From positions 64,001-128,000 of IMG/VR virus record IMGVR_UViG_3300005613_002762: a stretch of DNA of 64,000 bases, one strand, 5' to 3'. The notes under the pieces are model-generated. The model made no database searches. It saw nothing but the letters and a program-made list of their open reading frames with translations, and was not told the origin of the DNA. This DNA comes from a virus. Shown one piece after another: positions 51,688 through 60,359 of this stretch (position 1 is the stretch's first letter; every line of letters starts with the position of its first letter). Position numbers and translations under genes: made by a program.

Positions 51688-52200
51688 ATGAAATCATTAG
51701 TAATTTTATTTTTATTCTTTTTCTCTTTTGGTTTAACCCAAACTCTTAATGAGTTGGTTATTAAAAAAATAAACAACTATAGAAAAGAATATGGATTACC
51801 TTCATTATTATATGCACCTGAAGCTAAATTGGCGAATGATCAAATGTTGAATTATATGACTCAAACTTGCACCGTTCCGTTAGATCATTCTCAAAGAATA
51901 CCAACCAGTTTTCCTGTCACATTTGAAACATTCCAAGAAAGATATGAATACCTTTATAAAAACACATCATGTATTGCTCTTGGTGAAAATTTATGTTCAT
52001 TCGTTGATTTAAAGACAGATGAGGAAAGAGCAAATATGATACTTAATTTATGGAAAAATTCTCAATCCCATAATGCACTATTATTAAGTTTAAGATTTAC
52101 CGGTATTTGTGTTGGTAATAAAACTACTAATAAGATTATTATAGATGGTATAACATTTAATGATAAGATTCGTTATTGTGTCTTAACAGTGTATAAATAA
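51688..52200 (+). CDS. Secreted CAP/SCP-domain protein
   Basis: Signal peptide; INNYRKEYGL, GENL, WKNSQSHNALLL. Confidence 0.85.
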   Translation: MKSLVILFLFFFSFGLTQTLNELVIKKINNYRKEYGLPSLLYAPEAKLANDQMLNYMTQTCTVPLDHSQRIPTSFPVTFETFQERYEYLYKNTSCIALGENLCSFVDLKTDEERANMILNLWKNSQSHNALLLSLRFTGICVGNKTTNKIIIDGITFNDKIRYCVLTVYK

Positions 52201-52271
52201 AAAACACGATTTAACAACAAATACTTTGTATGTTGGAAAAATAAACCTATCTTTACAATAAAATACATATA

Positions 52272-53303
52272 ATGGATCTAAATAAATTTAAAGAACTTCT
52301 TTCAGTCCCGTCTAAAACTTATCAAGAAGATAGAATGGTTAATTATCTTATTGATGAACTTTCACAAATTAACGGGATTGAGGTGGTCTGTGATGAACAT
52401 AACAATATCTATGTCACCAAAGGAACATTAGATGAAGGTGAATTTTACCCAATGTTTATCTCACACACCGACACGGTTCATAATATCGTTGATGAAATTA
52501 TAGTTAAAGAAGAACACCTTCTTCGTCCTTATACATTCGGAAAAGACTTTGGGTCTGAACAAGTATTATGTTTAAAGGCTTACGATAAAGATGACAAACC
52601 AACTGGTATTGGTGGTGACGACAAATGTGGAATCTTTATTTGTTTAGAATTACTTAAACAATTAGACAAAGTTAAGATCGCATTTTTTGTTTCAGAAGAA
52701 ACAGGATGTCATGGGTCAAAAATGGTTGATTTAAACTTTTTAAAAGATGTTGGTTATTGCTCCCAATACGATGCACCTGGTGATCACTTGATTTCATATA
52801 GTTGTATGGGAACCGTGTTATTTGATGAAAACTCTGAGTTTTTTGATGTCGCATATAGATCCATTTCAGAAGGTTTTAAAAACGAAATGATGGTTCAAGC
52901 TCACCCATATACAGATATTATGATGATTAAACAAAAATCAAATCTATCTTGTATTAATATGTCTTGTGGTTATTACAACATGCACACATCAAATGAGTTT
53001 GTTTGTATTTCTGATGTTGAGAGAGCAATTGTTGCAGGAAAAAACATGGTTGATAATTTGGGTTTAAAAAAATATGAATTTAGATCTGAACCAAAATCAA
53101 CAACAACCACAACAACTTTATTTGATTTTGAGGATCAGGATCCATTTTACGATGAGGTTCATCAACTTACATCTATTGATGTTATTGAGGATAAGGATGG
53201 TATTGTAATTGTTGATTTCTACGACGACAATAAATTCTATATTGACGATGAAGATGGTTATAAATTATACGAGATTTTAAAGAACCGTTATTCTTTAGAT
53301 TAA
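52272..53303 (+). CDS. M28/M20-type zinc peptidase
   Basis: SHTDTV, GGDDKCG, EETGC.GS, GYYNMHT. Confidence 0.85.
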   Translation: MDLNKFKELLSVPSKTYQEDRMVNYLIDELSQINGIEVVCDEHNNIYVTKGTLDEGEFYPMFISHTDTVHNIVDEIIVKEEHLLRPYTFGKDFGSEQVLCLKAYDKDDKPTGIGGDDKCGIFICLELLKQLDKVKIAFFVSEETGCHGSKMVDLNFLKDVGYCSQYDAPGDHLISYSCMGTVLFDENSEFFDVAYRSISEGFKNEMMVQAHPYTDIMMIKQKSNLSCINMSCGYYNMHTSNEFVCISDVERAIVAGKNMVDNLGLKKYEFRSEPKSTTTTTTLFDFEDQDPFYDEVHQLTSIDVIEDKDGIVIVDFYDDNKFYIDDEDGYKLYEILKNRYSLD

Positions 53304-53305
53304 TG

Positions 53306-54439
53306 TTAATTAATTCTATACTCAGTCGGGTCAAATAAACCTGGCTGAGTTGCCATTGCAATCACACTATCAACATCAGAAACACCTATTTTAGAGTTCC
53401 AATTTTGTCGTGAGGTTCCAACTCTAAATGTTACTTTGAGTGTTTCAGGATCCACCTTTTCAACTTTAAGGTAATGTTTTTTATCGGGTAATTGTTTAAA
53501 TTGAAATAAATCCAACTTTCCAAGTTTTTGCATTACTTCAATATAATCTGAATCAATTTCTTCATGAGCTTTTTCAATATACTCATCCATCAGATCTTCA
53601 AGTTTTTCACAAGTTTCAGATTCAAAAATTTCATTATCCCAAACATTATATTCAATTTCGTAATACTCAGGTGGGTGATTATTAAAACCTCTTTCTATCG
53701 CACTGAATAATAGATCTAAAACATTCTCATCAAAGTCCCCTTTATCTATATATAACTGAACAAGATTTCCCCAAGTTATAAAGTAGGTTCTAAAACAATT
53801 TGTAAAATTACTCTTTCCCCAATTTTCAATACCAAATTGTTTTAGACCATCACAATAGGTTTTCTCCATTAGTTCTTGAGCTCCACTTGAAACCGCACGA
53901 TCTTTTCCCATACAAACGATTTCATCAATTGCATCACCAAGTCTAGGAAAAAACTTATCTAATATTGTTGGTAGATCACCTCCGCCATCATATCTTATAC
54001 GACCGTTATTTGTTCGTATAAAATCTTTACTTGTAGATGGGTCTAAAAACTCGGCAAGTTGTTTTAGTTTTAACATCGCAGAATCACAAAAATAACCTAA
54101 GGTATATCCCTCACTCCAATCATCGTATGCTCTATCTTGACACTCACTATAAAAGTCCCACTGACCGTAATACATTCTATCGTAATTTACGGCCTCCCAC
54201 TCACCATCACTACCTTCTTCATATGTCTCTTGAAAGAAAAACTTTAAAAACTGTTCTAAATCATCAAAATGAAACAATAGACCATGTTTGGTTACTTCAA
54301 TAGTATCTCTGAAGTTATTTCCATCTTTATCATAGAAATCAACGTCATTATAATCCAACTTATTTTTATTTAAAAGTAGAATTTTTCTAAAATCTTCTAG
54401 TTCATCTATGTCGTTTTCTATAAGAAGTCTTTTTTTCAT
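53306..54439 (-). CDS. Acidic hypothetical protein
   Basis: 377 aa with an MKKRLLIE leader. Confidence 0.75.
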   Translation of the reverse strand: MKKRLLIENDIDELEDFRKILLLNKNKLDYNDVDFYDKDGNNFRDTIEVTKHGLLFHFDDLEQFLKFFFQETYEEGSDGEWEAVNYDRMYYGQWDFYSECQDRAYDDWSEGYTLGYFCDSAMLKLKQLAEFLDPSTSKDFIRTNNGRIRYDGGGDLPTILDKFFPRLGDAIDEIVCMGKDRAVSSGAQELMEKTYCDGLKQFGIENWGKSNFTNCFRTYFITWGNLVQLYIDKGDFDENVLDLLFSAIERGFNNHPPEYYEIEYNVWDNEIFESETCEKLEDLMDEYIEKAHEEIDSDYIEVMQKLGKLDLFQFKQLPDKKHYLKVEKVDPETLKVTFRVGTSRQNWNSKIGVSDVDSVIAMATQPGLFDPTEYRIN

Positions 54440-54477
54440 ATATTTATAAATATATTGAATAATACAAATCTTTGTAT

Positions 54478-54501
54478 TATATTTGTATTATAGTTCTTTG
54501 A
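54478..54501 (+). promoter_or_regulatory. Bacteroidetes-type -7 promoter plus boxA-like element for tmRNA
   Basis: TATATTTG 54478-54485; GTTCTTTGA 54493-54501. Confidence 0.65.
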
Positions 54502-54522
54502 AAATAGTCATTTAAGATATAT

Positions 54523-54941
54523 GGGCCTATATCGGATTTGACGGGCGTTGGTTGGATAAAAGAAGCATGTAGGGACTAAGTTAATCTCTTTAAAAACTGA
54601 CTTAGAAAACAACTGGCAATGTGCTAAACAAAATGGAAACTCTTGGTTTACTAAGAGGTTCTGAAGTTACTGTAGCTTAATAAGATACGGAAACGGGGGG
54701 TCGGTCAGACAGATAACCTAGCAACAGAAGTCGTAGATGAGTTGGTTTTCACTCTAAAAGAAAACAACGGTCTCGTTCAGAGGGCTACCGTAACAAAAGT
54801 GAACTCGACACAGTTTTTGGTAACAATGTCAAAATAGGAACCAAATATTTTGGAAGGTATGAAAAACCTTAACCTAAACATGTAGTTGTCTTTTTGACAA
54901 AACGAGCCGGACGAGGGAGTCGGAGCCCTCTAGGTCCACCA
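54523..54941 (+). ncRNA. ssrA: tmRNA
   Basis: 5' GGGCCTA-TATCGGATTTGAC pairs with 3' TAGGTCC-ACCA, including the G3:U alanine determinant; GCATGTAG/CATGT helix; tag ORF 54615-54680 GNVLNKMETLGLLRGSEVTVA followed by TAA TAA. Confidence 0.9.
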
Positions 54942-54944
54942 ATT

Positions 54945-54978
54945 GATCCCATCATTTAATTATGATGGGATTTTTTTA
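54945..54978 (+). terminator. Terminator after tmRNA
   Basis: ATCCCATCAT...ATGATGGGAT plus a T7 run. Confidence 0.85.
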
Positions 54979-55021
54979 TGCATTAAAATTATTGTGTATT
55001 TGATTGTGATTTTTTTGAGCA

Positions 55022-55047
55022 CAAAAAAAGGGACAACTAAGTCCCTA
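55022..55047 (-). terminator. Terminator after the large ncRNA
   Basis: AGGGAC-TTAGTT-GTCCCT plus a T-run on the minus strand. Confidence 0.8.
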
Positions 55048-55049
55048 AA

Positions 55050-55975
55050 TGTTTTTGCCGGTCGCTCCATCTTTTTAAAAAAGAAACGCTGAGATTACAC
55101 GTTTGTTGCGAGAACCTTTAGAGTCATTATTGTTTCTACTCTTATCCACTTTCTTTTGGAAAGTATTTCTCAGTGTTGGTTATTTAGGTGAACCACTCCT
55201 TGAGATCTTATCTACACTCTTACTACTTGACTCTCTTCGAGGATGCCTCCCCAACTCGTCCTTGCGGGATTAGAGATCTTTGGTAAAAATACACTTGGTC
55301 TTGGGAACCTCATGTGCCACGGACAGCCCGTGACTAAGTAAACACCTTTCGACAAGATCTGACAGACACTTTTCCTTATTTTATTAATTAATTTGACTTA
55401 ATACAATAGTCATAAGTTTGTGTCGTGGATTATCGAAGTAGTGGTCTGCCAACCGAGCCAACCCATTTTTTGAACGAGTCGATACTCAACTACTCCGTGA
55501 AATGTCCCCATTTCCATATTTCAAGACTACTTCGAAACTAACCCCTTGGTAGAAGTTGGTTAAGGTTAGTAACGACACCACTCGTACACTAACATACCTT
55601 TCGGCTTTAAGTATCCTTTTATATTGGGAAACGCAATAATGAAATCGGATAATCTCATGTTTTGCAATATCCCTACGAGTTATTCCTATTGTTGTTCCCA
55701 ACTCAACTGAACGACCCACATCGCCCAATCATCTAACCACTTTCCCTACAGCGTTGCCCTCGGTACTAAAGGTTAAACGGTATCCCGCTTGTGTACTCAA
55801 GCTCCTAAAAGAAGCCGCAAATCATCTAACACAAATGACTCACTTTATCCTACTTTCGTAGTTTATTTTATGGACCATACACAGCCCAATATCTTTATCA
55901 TTCAAAGATGGAAATTTTATTCCAATTACTTGTCAAAGAATCTGACAAAACTTTTCCTGAACGGATAATCTATTT
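55050..55975 (-). ncRNA. Large ornate structured RNA, GOLLD-like (~900 nt)
   Basis: No credible ORF, GC raised relative to flanks, own promoters and terminator; long-range helices CUGAGA/UCUCAG and CGAAGUAGU/ACUACUUCG; GNRA-type loops; 3' end GUGUAAUCUCAGCG recalls GOLLD (from memory); near tRNAs. Confidence 0.7.
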
Positions 55976-55977
55976 CT

Positions 55978-56130
55978 TCAAAGAACGTTTCGGACTTTTC
56001 CGATTTGTTTTACAAAGTTAAGACATTTATTTTGATCTGTCAAGTACTTTGTGAACTTTTTTTTTAATTTTTTTTCGGTTGTTTCCGATTGTTTTACAAA
56101 TGTAAAAAACTTTTTTTAATTATTCAAGTC
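55978..56130 (-). promoter_or_regulatory. Tandem host-type promoters, leader hairpins and boxA-like site for the large ncRNA
   Basis: TACATTTG 56097-56104 and TAACTTTG 56013-56020, each followed by TAAAACAA(A)TCGGA..CCGA; GTTCTTTGA at 55978-55986. Confidence 0.7.
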
Positions 56131-56292
56131 CTTTACAATATTTTTTTCTACATACACATCATATGTTCCGTAGAATCGTGCTCTTAATTGTGCAAACTCC
56201 AAATTTGATGTCCACAATGTTTTTCCGTTTGAAATATATGAATACATCTCAACGTCTTTAACTTCTTTTTCTTGTTTTATTTCTTCACTCAT
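56116..56292 (-). CDS. Small hypothetical protein (58 aa)
   Basis: MSEEIKQEKEVKDVEMYSY...; below the ORF track cutoff; late-type motif upstream. Confidence 0.65.
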   Translation of the reverse strand: MSEEIKQEKEVKDVEMYSYISNGKTLWTSNLEFAQLRARFYGTYDVYVEKNIVKDLNN

Positions 56293-56348
56293 GTTATTAT
56301 TGTATTACAAGTGAAATGATAGTATAAATATAAAAATGAGTCAAATAT

Positions 56349-57017
56349 TTAAAGAACTTTTTTCATGATTTCTTTAATTCTTACCACATCTTCATTTACA
56401 GATTCTTTTTTCAAACTCGCAATCCCTTTGAAAAAATCGGTCATTGGTCCTAAATCGAACAATTGAAAATCATCGTCACCCCCAAAATCTATCTTTTTAT
56501 CGGTGTCATCTTTTTTTTCATCGTCAGAAAAATCGTCCGTTTCAATTTCATTACTTTTACCACTGAAAATTGACTTAGAATTTTTTAATAAATCTCTTAA
56601 GTGTTTACCAAAAGGAAGACCAATATGGACATGAGTCATTTTATCGTGACCAACCCATTCAGAAACTACACCTATTCTATCACCAACTTTGACTTTATCA
56701 CCAGCACTTAATTTAACATCTTTAAGGTGTGTATAAAAAATTTCAGGAAATCCATCCGTTCCTGAAACTGTGACTTGAGTTCCATATATTTTACCTGAAT
56801 TTTTTCCTGTATCTCTAACTTTTTTGACCGTTCCATTTGTGTATGAATTAACAACCGAACCTGCAGGCGCAAATACGTCCCAAGCATTATCTGATTGCCA
56901 ATTCCCTAAAGCTCTTGATCCGTGATTTTTTGGACCATTTTCTAAATCGGTACGAAATGGACCACCTATATTGGTTGAACCTTCAGATATTATTTTTTTT
57001 GAAGTATTTCTATTCAT
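56349..57017 (-). CDS. M23 family peptidase (peptidoglycan hydrolase)
   Basis: FYTHLK, V.VGDRIG, HVHIG. Confidence 0.85.
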   Translation of the reverse strand: MNRNTSKKIISEGSTNIGGPFRTDLENGPKNHGSRALGNWQSDNAWDVFAPAGSVVNSYTNGTVKKVRDTGKNSGKIYGTQVTVSGTDGFPEIFYTHLKDVKLSAGDKVKVGDRIGVVSEWVGHDKMTHVHIGLPFGKHLRDLLKNSKSIFSGKSNEIETDDFSDDEKKDDTDKKIDFGGDDDFQLFDLGPMTDFFKGIASLKKESVNEDVVRIKEIMKKVL

Positions 57018-57061
57018 AAGTTTGGATCTTATAGACTTATTTTAATATAAATACTTCTATA

Positions 57062-57532
57062 TTATAAAAACCATTCAGGGATATCTCTATTTTTCCATTT
57101 ACAAAAATCTTTTTTTGCTCCTACGTAATAATTTCTGTATGATTGTATTACATCACCAACTTTATATTCGTCAGGCATTGCCTTTGGTGGTGTGGTGAAG
57201 TCTTTATCAACAATATCAGGTTTATTCATTAAACACCATTCAATCACATCTTGAGATTTATGACGTTTTCCATAACGATATGTATATTCCTTACACAACT
57301 CTAATCCAAGATCACAAAGGTATAAGTAATTAGATAAACTCTCACGAGTCCATATAGCACATGGGTGATTTTTGTGAGATAACTTGTAGGGTACTTGGGG
57401 AGTAACTTGGGGGGTCATATGATGAACACCACACAGAAGTTGTGCTGTTTCCAATATCATTTTAACCACATGTTTATCACAATGGTATTTAGCACATTTT
57501 TTGGTGTCAAAATCTAAAAAGAAAATATTCAT
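57062..57532 (-). CDS. Pyrimidine-dimer DNA glycosylase/endonuclease V-like protein
   Basis: MNIFFLD...HCDKHVVKMILETAQLL...HKNHPCAIW...EYTYRYGKRH. Confidence 0.7.
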   Translation of the reverse strand: MNIFFLDFDTKKCAKYHCDKHVVKMILETAQLLCGVHHMTPQVTPQVPYKLSHKNHPCAIWTRESLSNYLYLCDLGLELCKEYTYRYGKRHKSQDVIEWCLMNKPDIVDKDFTTPPKAMPDEYKVGDVIQSYRNYYVGAKKDFCKWKNRDIPEWFL

Positions 57533-57555
57533 ATCACAAAGATATGAAAAAATCT

Positions 57556-58176
57556 TTACTGATTCAAATAACTCATTAAAACACCGCCGATTGATGATGC
57601 GTGAACTTGAAGATGGGTAATTTCTTCAACGTTTAGATCTTTTTTGTCTTTAACGTAATCAACAGATAAAACCCCAATAAATTTATCTTCAATTGTTTTA
57701 ATTGCAAATAAATAAGACGACTTACATCCTGTTTCTTCTGCAACATACTTTAATCCAAAAGTTGGTATTTCTTCATTAGTATAATCAGAGATTTCGATTG
57801 CATCGTTATTTAATAATTCATTAATAGACTTAGAAAATAAATTAACAGGAATGTTTTTAAAATTAGTTTGAACAGATTGTGCGTGTTGACCAACGGTTTC
57901 ATACATTATTGAAAATTTCGCCATTGATTTTCCTGTTGGGTAAAAATTTCCTCCATTATGAAATTGAGAAACCCAAACTCTGTCAGCATCAAATTCTTCT
58001 TTAATGTGTTCGATTTTTGAGTTTATTAACTCACTAACCCTTAATGTGTCCATAACCATGTCTGGTTTTGGTTTCTTTTTAGATTCTAAATAGTGTTTTA
58101 TAAACATTATTAAAATAGGCCCCAAAACACCTGTTAAAAAGGCCACCATTACTGTTGAGAAATTATCCATATTCAA
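57556..58176 (-). CDS. Membrane-anchored GAF-like protein (holin-T-like architecture)
   Basis: One N-terminal TM helix, then ADRVWVSQFHNGG...GVLSVDY. Confidence 0.6.
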   Translation of the reverse strand: MNMDNFSTVMVAFLTGVLGPILIMFIKHYLESKKKPKPDMVMDTLRVSELINSKIEHIKEEFDADRVWVSQFHNGGNFYPTGKSMAKFSIMYETVGQHAQSVQTNFKNIPVNLFSKSINELLNNDAIEISDYTNEEIPTFGLKYVAEETGCKSSYLFAIKTIEDKFIGVLSVDYVKDKKDLNVEEITHLQVHASSIGGVLMSYLNQ

Positions 58177-58235
58177 TTAATAAATATTATAAATTAAAAA
58201 AGCCCACATAAAATGTGAGCTTTTAGTGAAAATAA

Positions 58236-58409
58236 TTAAGCGTTGTTTTTAACGATTATCGACCAGATTGCACCTGCCAATGTAGTAACACCACCGATGA
58301 TTTCGGTAAGGATCGTCTCGTCAATTAATCCTTTTGTTATTAGAATACCACCAACAAAAGTTAATGTGTGTCTAAGAATACCTAATAATTGTTCTTTAGA
58401 TAATTTCAT
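58236..58409 (-). CDS. Small two-TM putative holin (57 aa)
   Basis: MKLSKEQLLGILRHTLTFVGGILITKG...GAIWSII; not in the ORF track. Confidence 0.7.
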   Translation of the reverse strand: MKLSKEQLLGILRHTLTFVGGILITKGLIDETILTEIIGGVTTLAGAIWSIIVKNNA

Positions 58410-58460
58410 GTCAAAATATTTATTGTTTATTTAAACATAAATATCTTAAAGTTTGTAAAA

Positions 58461-58553
58461 CTACTTCTCTTTTTTAAATTGTAAAGACTTAAGTAAAACA
58501 AATCCAAGTAGTATAATTGGAAATAAAATAGCGATTAAGACAGATGTATTCAT
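58461..58553 (-). CDS. 30-aa single-TM peptide
   Basis: MNTSVLIAILFPIILLGFVLLKSLQFKKEK. Confidence 0.45.
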   Translation of the reverse strand: MNTSVLIAILFPIILLGFVLLKSLQFKKEK

Positions 58554-58599
58554 GTTTTTTTGATTTTTATATTGACGAAAAAAAAGTTAAAATTTTATA

Positions 58600-58797
58600 T
58601 TATTTTTTAATAAACCCCTTGAAATAGTTTTCCCATTTATCAGTTGCAGGTGAAATAATAAAGTATCCAATTAAACCAAGAATAATACTTGTGAATGAGA
58701 CTTGATTAGTCACGTAGAATGATAGAAAATAAATCCCAATCATTACAAATATGATTGACATAAAGGACATTAAAAAATTTAAAATAGTGTTTTTCAT
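58600..58797 (-). CDS. Small membrane protein
   Basis: 65 aa with two hydrophobic segments. Confidence 0.65.
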   Translation of the reverse strand: MKNTILNFLMSFMSIIFVMIGIYFLSFYVTNQVSFTSIILGLIGYFIISPATDKWENYFKGFIKK

Positions 58798-58831
58798 AAA
58801 AAAGTTAGTTTATAAGTTATTTGTTTGTTTG

Positions 58832-58905
58832 TGGTCCCTGTTGGGATCGAACCAACCACCTACTGATTATGAGTCAGTTGCTCTAACCGAATGAGCTAAG
58901 AGACC
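58832..58905 (-). tRNA. tRNA with CAU anticodon (Ile2 or elongator Met)
   Basis: Full cloverleaf, loop CTCATAA, no encoded CCA. Confidence 0.92.
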
Positions 58906-58914
58906 AAAAGGAAA

Positions 58915-59145
58915 TTAGGCCTTTGCCAAATGTTTTTCCATCATTTCATTTGCTTTAGTTATTGCCAAATCTTTCGTTTTAAATCCTTTCTCCTTTAAAG
59001 ATTTTGCATGATAGATATCATAATCGGTTGATGCAACCTGAGGTTTTGAACCTCGTCCTTTACTTGTTCTCATGGTGTCTTTAGCGTAGATATCATAAAA
59101 ACCTACTTTACAAATGTAACGTCCTCTTGTTTGTCCTTTACTCAT
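58915..59145 (-). CDS. Basic hypothetical protein
   Basis: 76 aa; TATATTTG promoter at 59179-59186. Confidence 0.7.
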   Translation of the reverse strand: MSKGQTRGRYICKVGFYDIYAKDTMRTSKGRGSKPQVASTDYDIYHAKSLKEKGFKTKDLAITKANEMMEKHLAKA

Positions 59146-59216
59146 TTTTCTTTTTTTTTATTTAGTGATACAATTATACAAATATACGATTAAAAAATCA
59201 AATAACCAATTTTTTT

Positions 59217-59498
59217 TTAAAAAGTTTCATCCCATTCTGAGATCACAAATGATAAAGAAATGAAATCATCTTTTTTATTATAATGAACTCTAAAACCCCC
59301 TGTTCCAATACTAACTTTTTGATTAATAGAATCTTCCATTAATCTTCTTGCCATTTCCCTTATTTCAGGTTCAGTTGGGATTCCATCTTCTGCAGATGCC
59401 CATTTCCATTCTAACGCAACCATGGTTCGGTGAACTTTGGAAAAGTCAAACCAATCCATAATTTTATCAATAGCTTTTTTGTGTTTATTTTTCATCAT
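59217..59498 (-). CDS. Hypothetical phage protein
   Basis: 93-aa ORF. Confidence 0.7.
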   Translation of the reverse strand: MMKNKHKKAIDKIMDWFDFSKVHRTMVALEWKWASAEDGIPTEPEIREMARRLMEDSINQKVSIGTGGFRVHYNKKDDFISLSFVISEWDETF

Positions 59499-59767
59499 TT
59501 TAATTCTTGAACTTGTTTCATAATATTAGTTACATCTTCTTCAGTTAAGTATCCGATCACATCGTTAGTCACAGGAGTCTCGTAAGTAAGATTACCATCA
59601 GAGTCCAATACTGCAACTTCATAAAGACCATTACGACCTCCGTATGAATGAGTGTGTGAAATAACAGATACACCATATCCATTGTCAAATTGCATACGAG
59701 ACTTTTTACCAACCATATATGGAGGATCATTTAATTGTTCAAATTCTAGATCTTCAAAAGTTTTCAT
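59495..59767 (-). CDS. Hypothetical phage protein
   Basis: FDNGYGVSV...SYGG..GLYEVAV...DVIGYL motif. Confidence 0.75.
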   Translation of the reverse strand: MKTFEDLEFEQLNDPPYMVGKKSRMQFDNGYGVSVISHTHSYGGRNGLYEVAVLDSDGNLTYETPVTNDVIGYLTEEDVTNIMKQVQELK

Positions 59768-59798
59768 AGTTTTTAATTTAATATATCATTTTTTTTTG

Positions 59799-59881
59799 AA
59801 GTCAGGGTAGGATTCGAACCTACAATGAGCAACCATCTATAACAGATGGATTCAACACCATGTCTCTTTACACTCCTGACC
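59799..59881 (-). ncRNA. tRNA-like RNA with intact acceptor and T arms but a non-canonical anticodon arm
   Basis: GGTCAGG/CCTGACT acceptor, GTAGG-TTCGAAT-CCTAC T arm, internal CCATCT-GTTAT-AGATGG hairpin. Confidence 0.6.
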
Positions 59882-59906
59882 TTCCTGTGTTACCTTAACA
59901 GGTTTG

Positions 59907-59978
59907 TAGCCCCACCGGGAGTCGAACCCGACTTTCCAGGATGAAAACCTGGCGTCCTAACCGATAGACGATGGGGCC
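59907..59978 (-). tRNA. tRNA-Glu(UUC)
   Basis: Cloverleaf, loop TTTTCAT. Confidence 0.95.
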
Positions 59979-60008
59979 ATTTAACAAATCTTTCTTTAAC
60001 TTTTTTTG

Positions 60009-60082
60009 CGGTCTGGACGGGACTCGAACCCGCGACCCCCTGCGTGACAGGCAGGTATTCTAACCAACTGAACTACCAGACC
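60009..60082 (-). tRNA. tRNA-Asp(GUC)
   Basis: Cloverleaf, loop CTGTCAC. Confidence 0.95.
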
Positions 60083-60088
60083 GAGTTG

Positions 60089-60163
60089 TGGTATGGGAAT
60101 GGAATCGAACCATCGGCACAAGGGGTTTCCGTCCCTTTGCTCTACCTTCTGAGCTACCACACC
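60089..60163 (-). tRNA. Aberrant tRNA-Phe-like gene with an 8-nt anticodon loop
   Basis: Phe-like body; AAGGG-ACGGAAAC-CCCTT arm lacks U33; extra C after the T stem. Confidence 0.65.
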
Positions 60164-60271
60164 ATTTATTTGTAGTTAAGTAGTTGACACACACTCTCGT
60201 TTCACCATCTTATGTCAACAGGTTAATGCACTTAACGAGTTTCCCTTTTCTTACCACCACAATATTTTAAA

Positions 60272-60348
60272 TCAAAGAACTTTTTCCCTCTCGTGTGGGG
60301 GTGAGTCCACCATCACATTTTCTCACCCCCGTTTGTTTTACAAATATA
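60272..60348 (-). promoter_or_regulatory. Promoter, leader hairpin and boxA-like site of the tRNA cluster
   Basis: TATATTTG 60341-60348; GGGGGTGAG/CTCACCCCC stem; GTTCTTTGA 60272-60280. Confidence 0.65.
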
Positions 60349-60359
60349 AGAACTTTATT

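Noticed and set aside
55486-55728. 80-aa minus-strand ORF
   Set aside because: Lies inside the structured RNA, has atypical composition and no initiation context
55050-55975. RNase P RNA, rRNA fragment or group I/II intron as the identity of the large RNA
   Set aside because: No RNase P GAGGAAAGUCC/P4 signature or rRNA motifs found; it is free-standing with its own promoter and terminator rather than interrupting a gene
58243-58434. 63-aa plus-strand ORF
   Set aside because: Antisense to the more credible holin-like ORF 58236-58409
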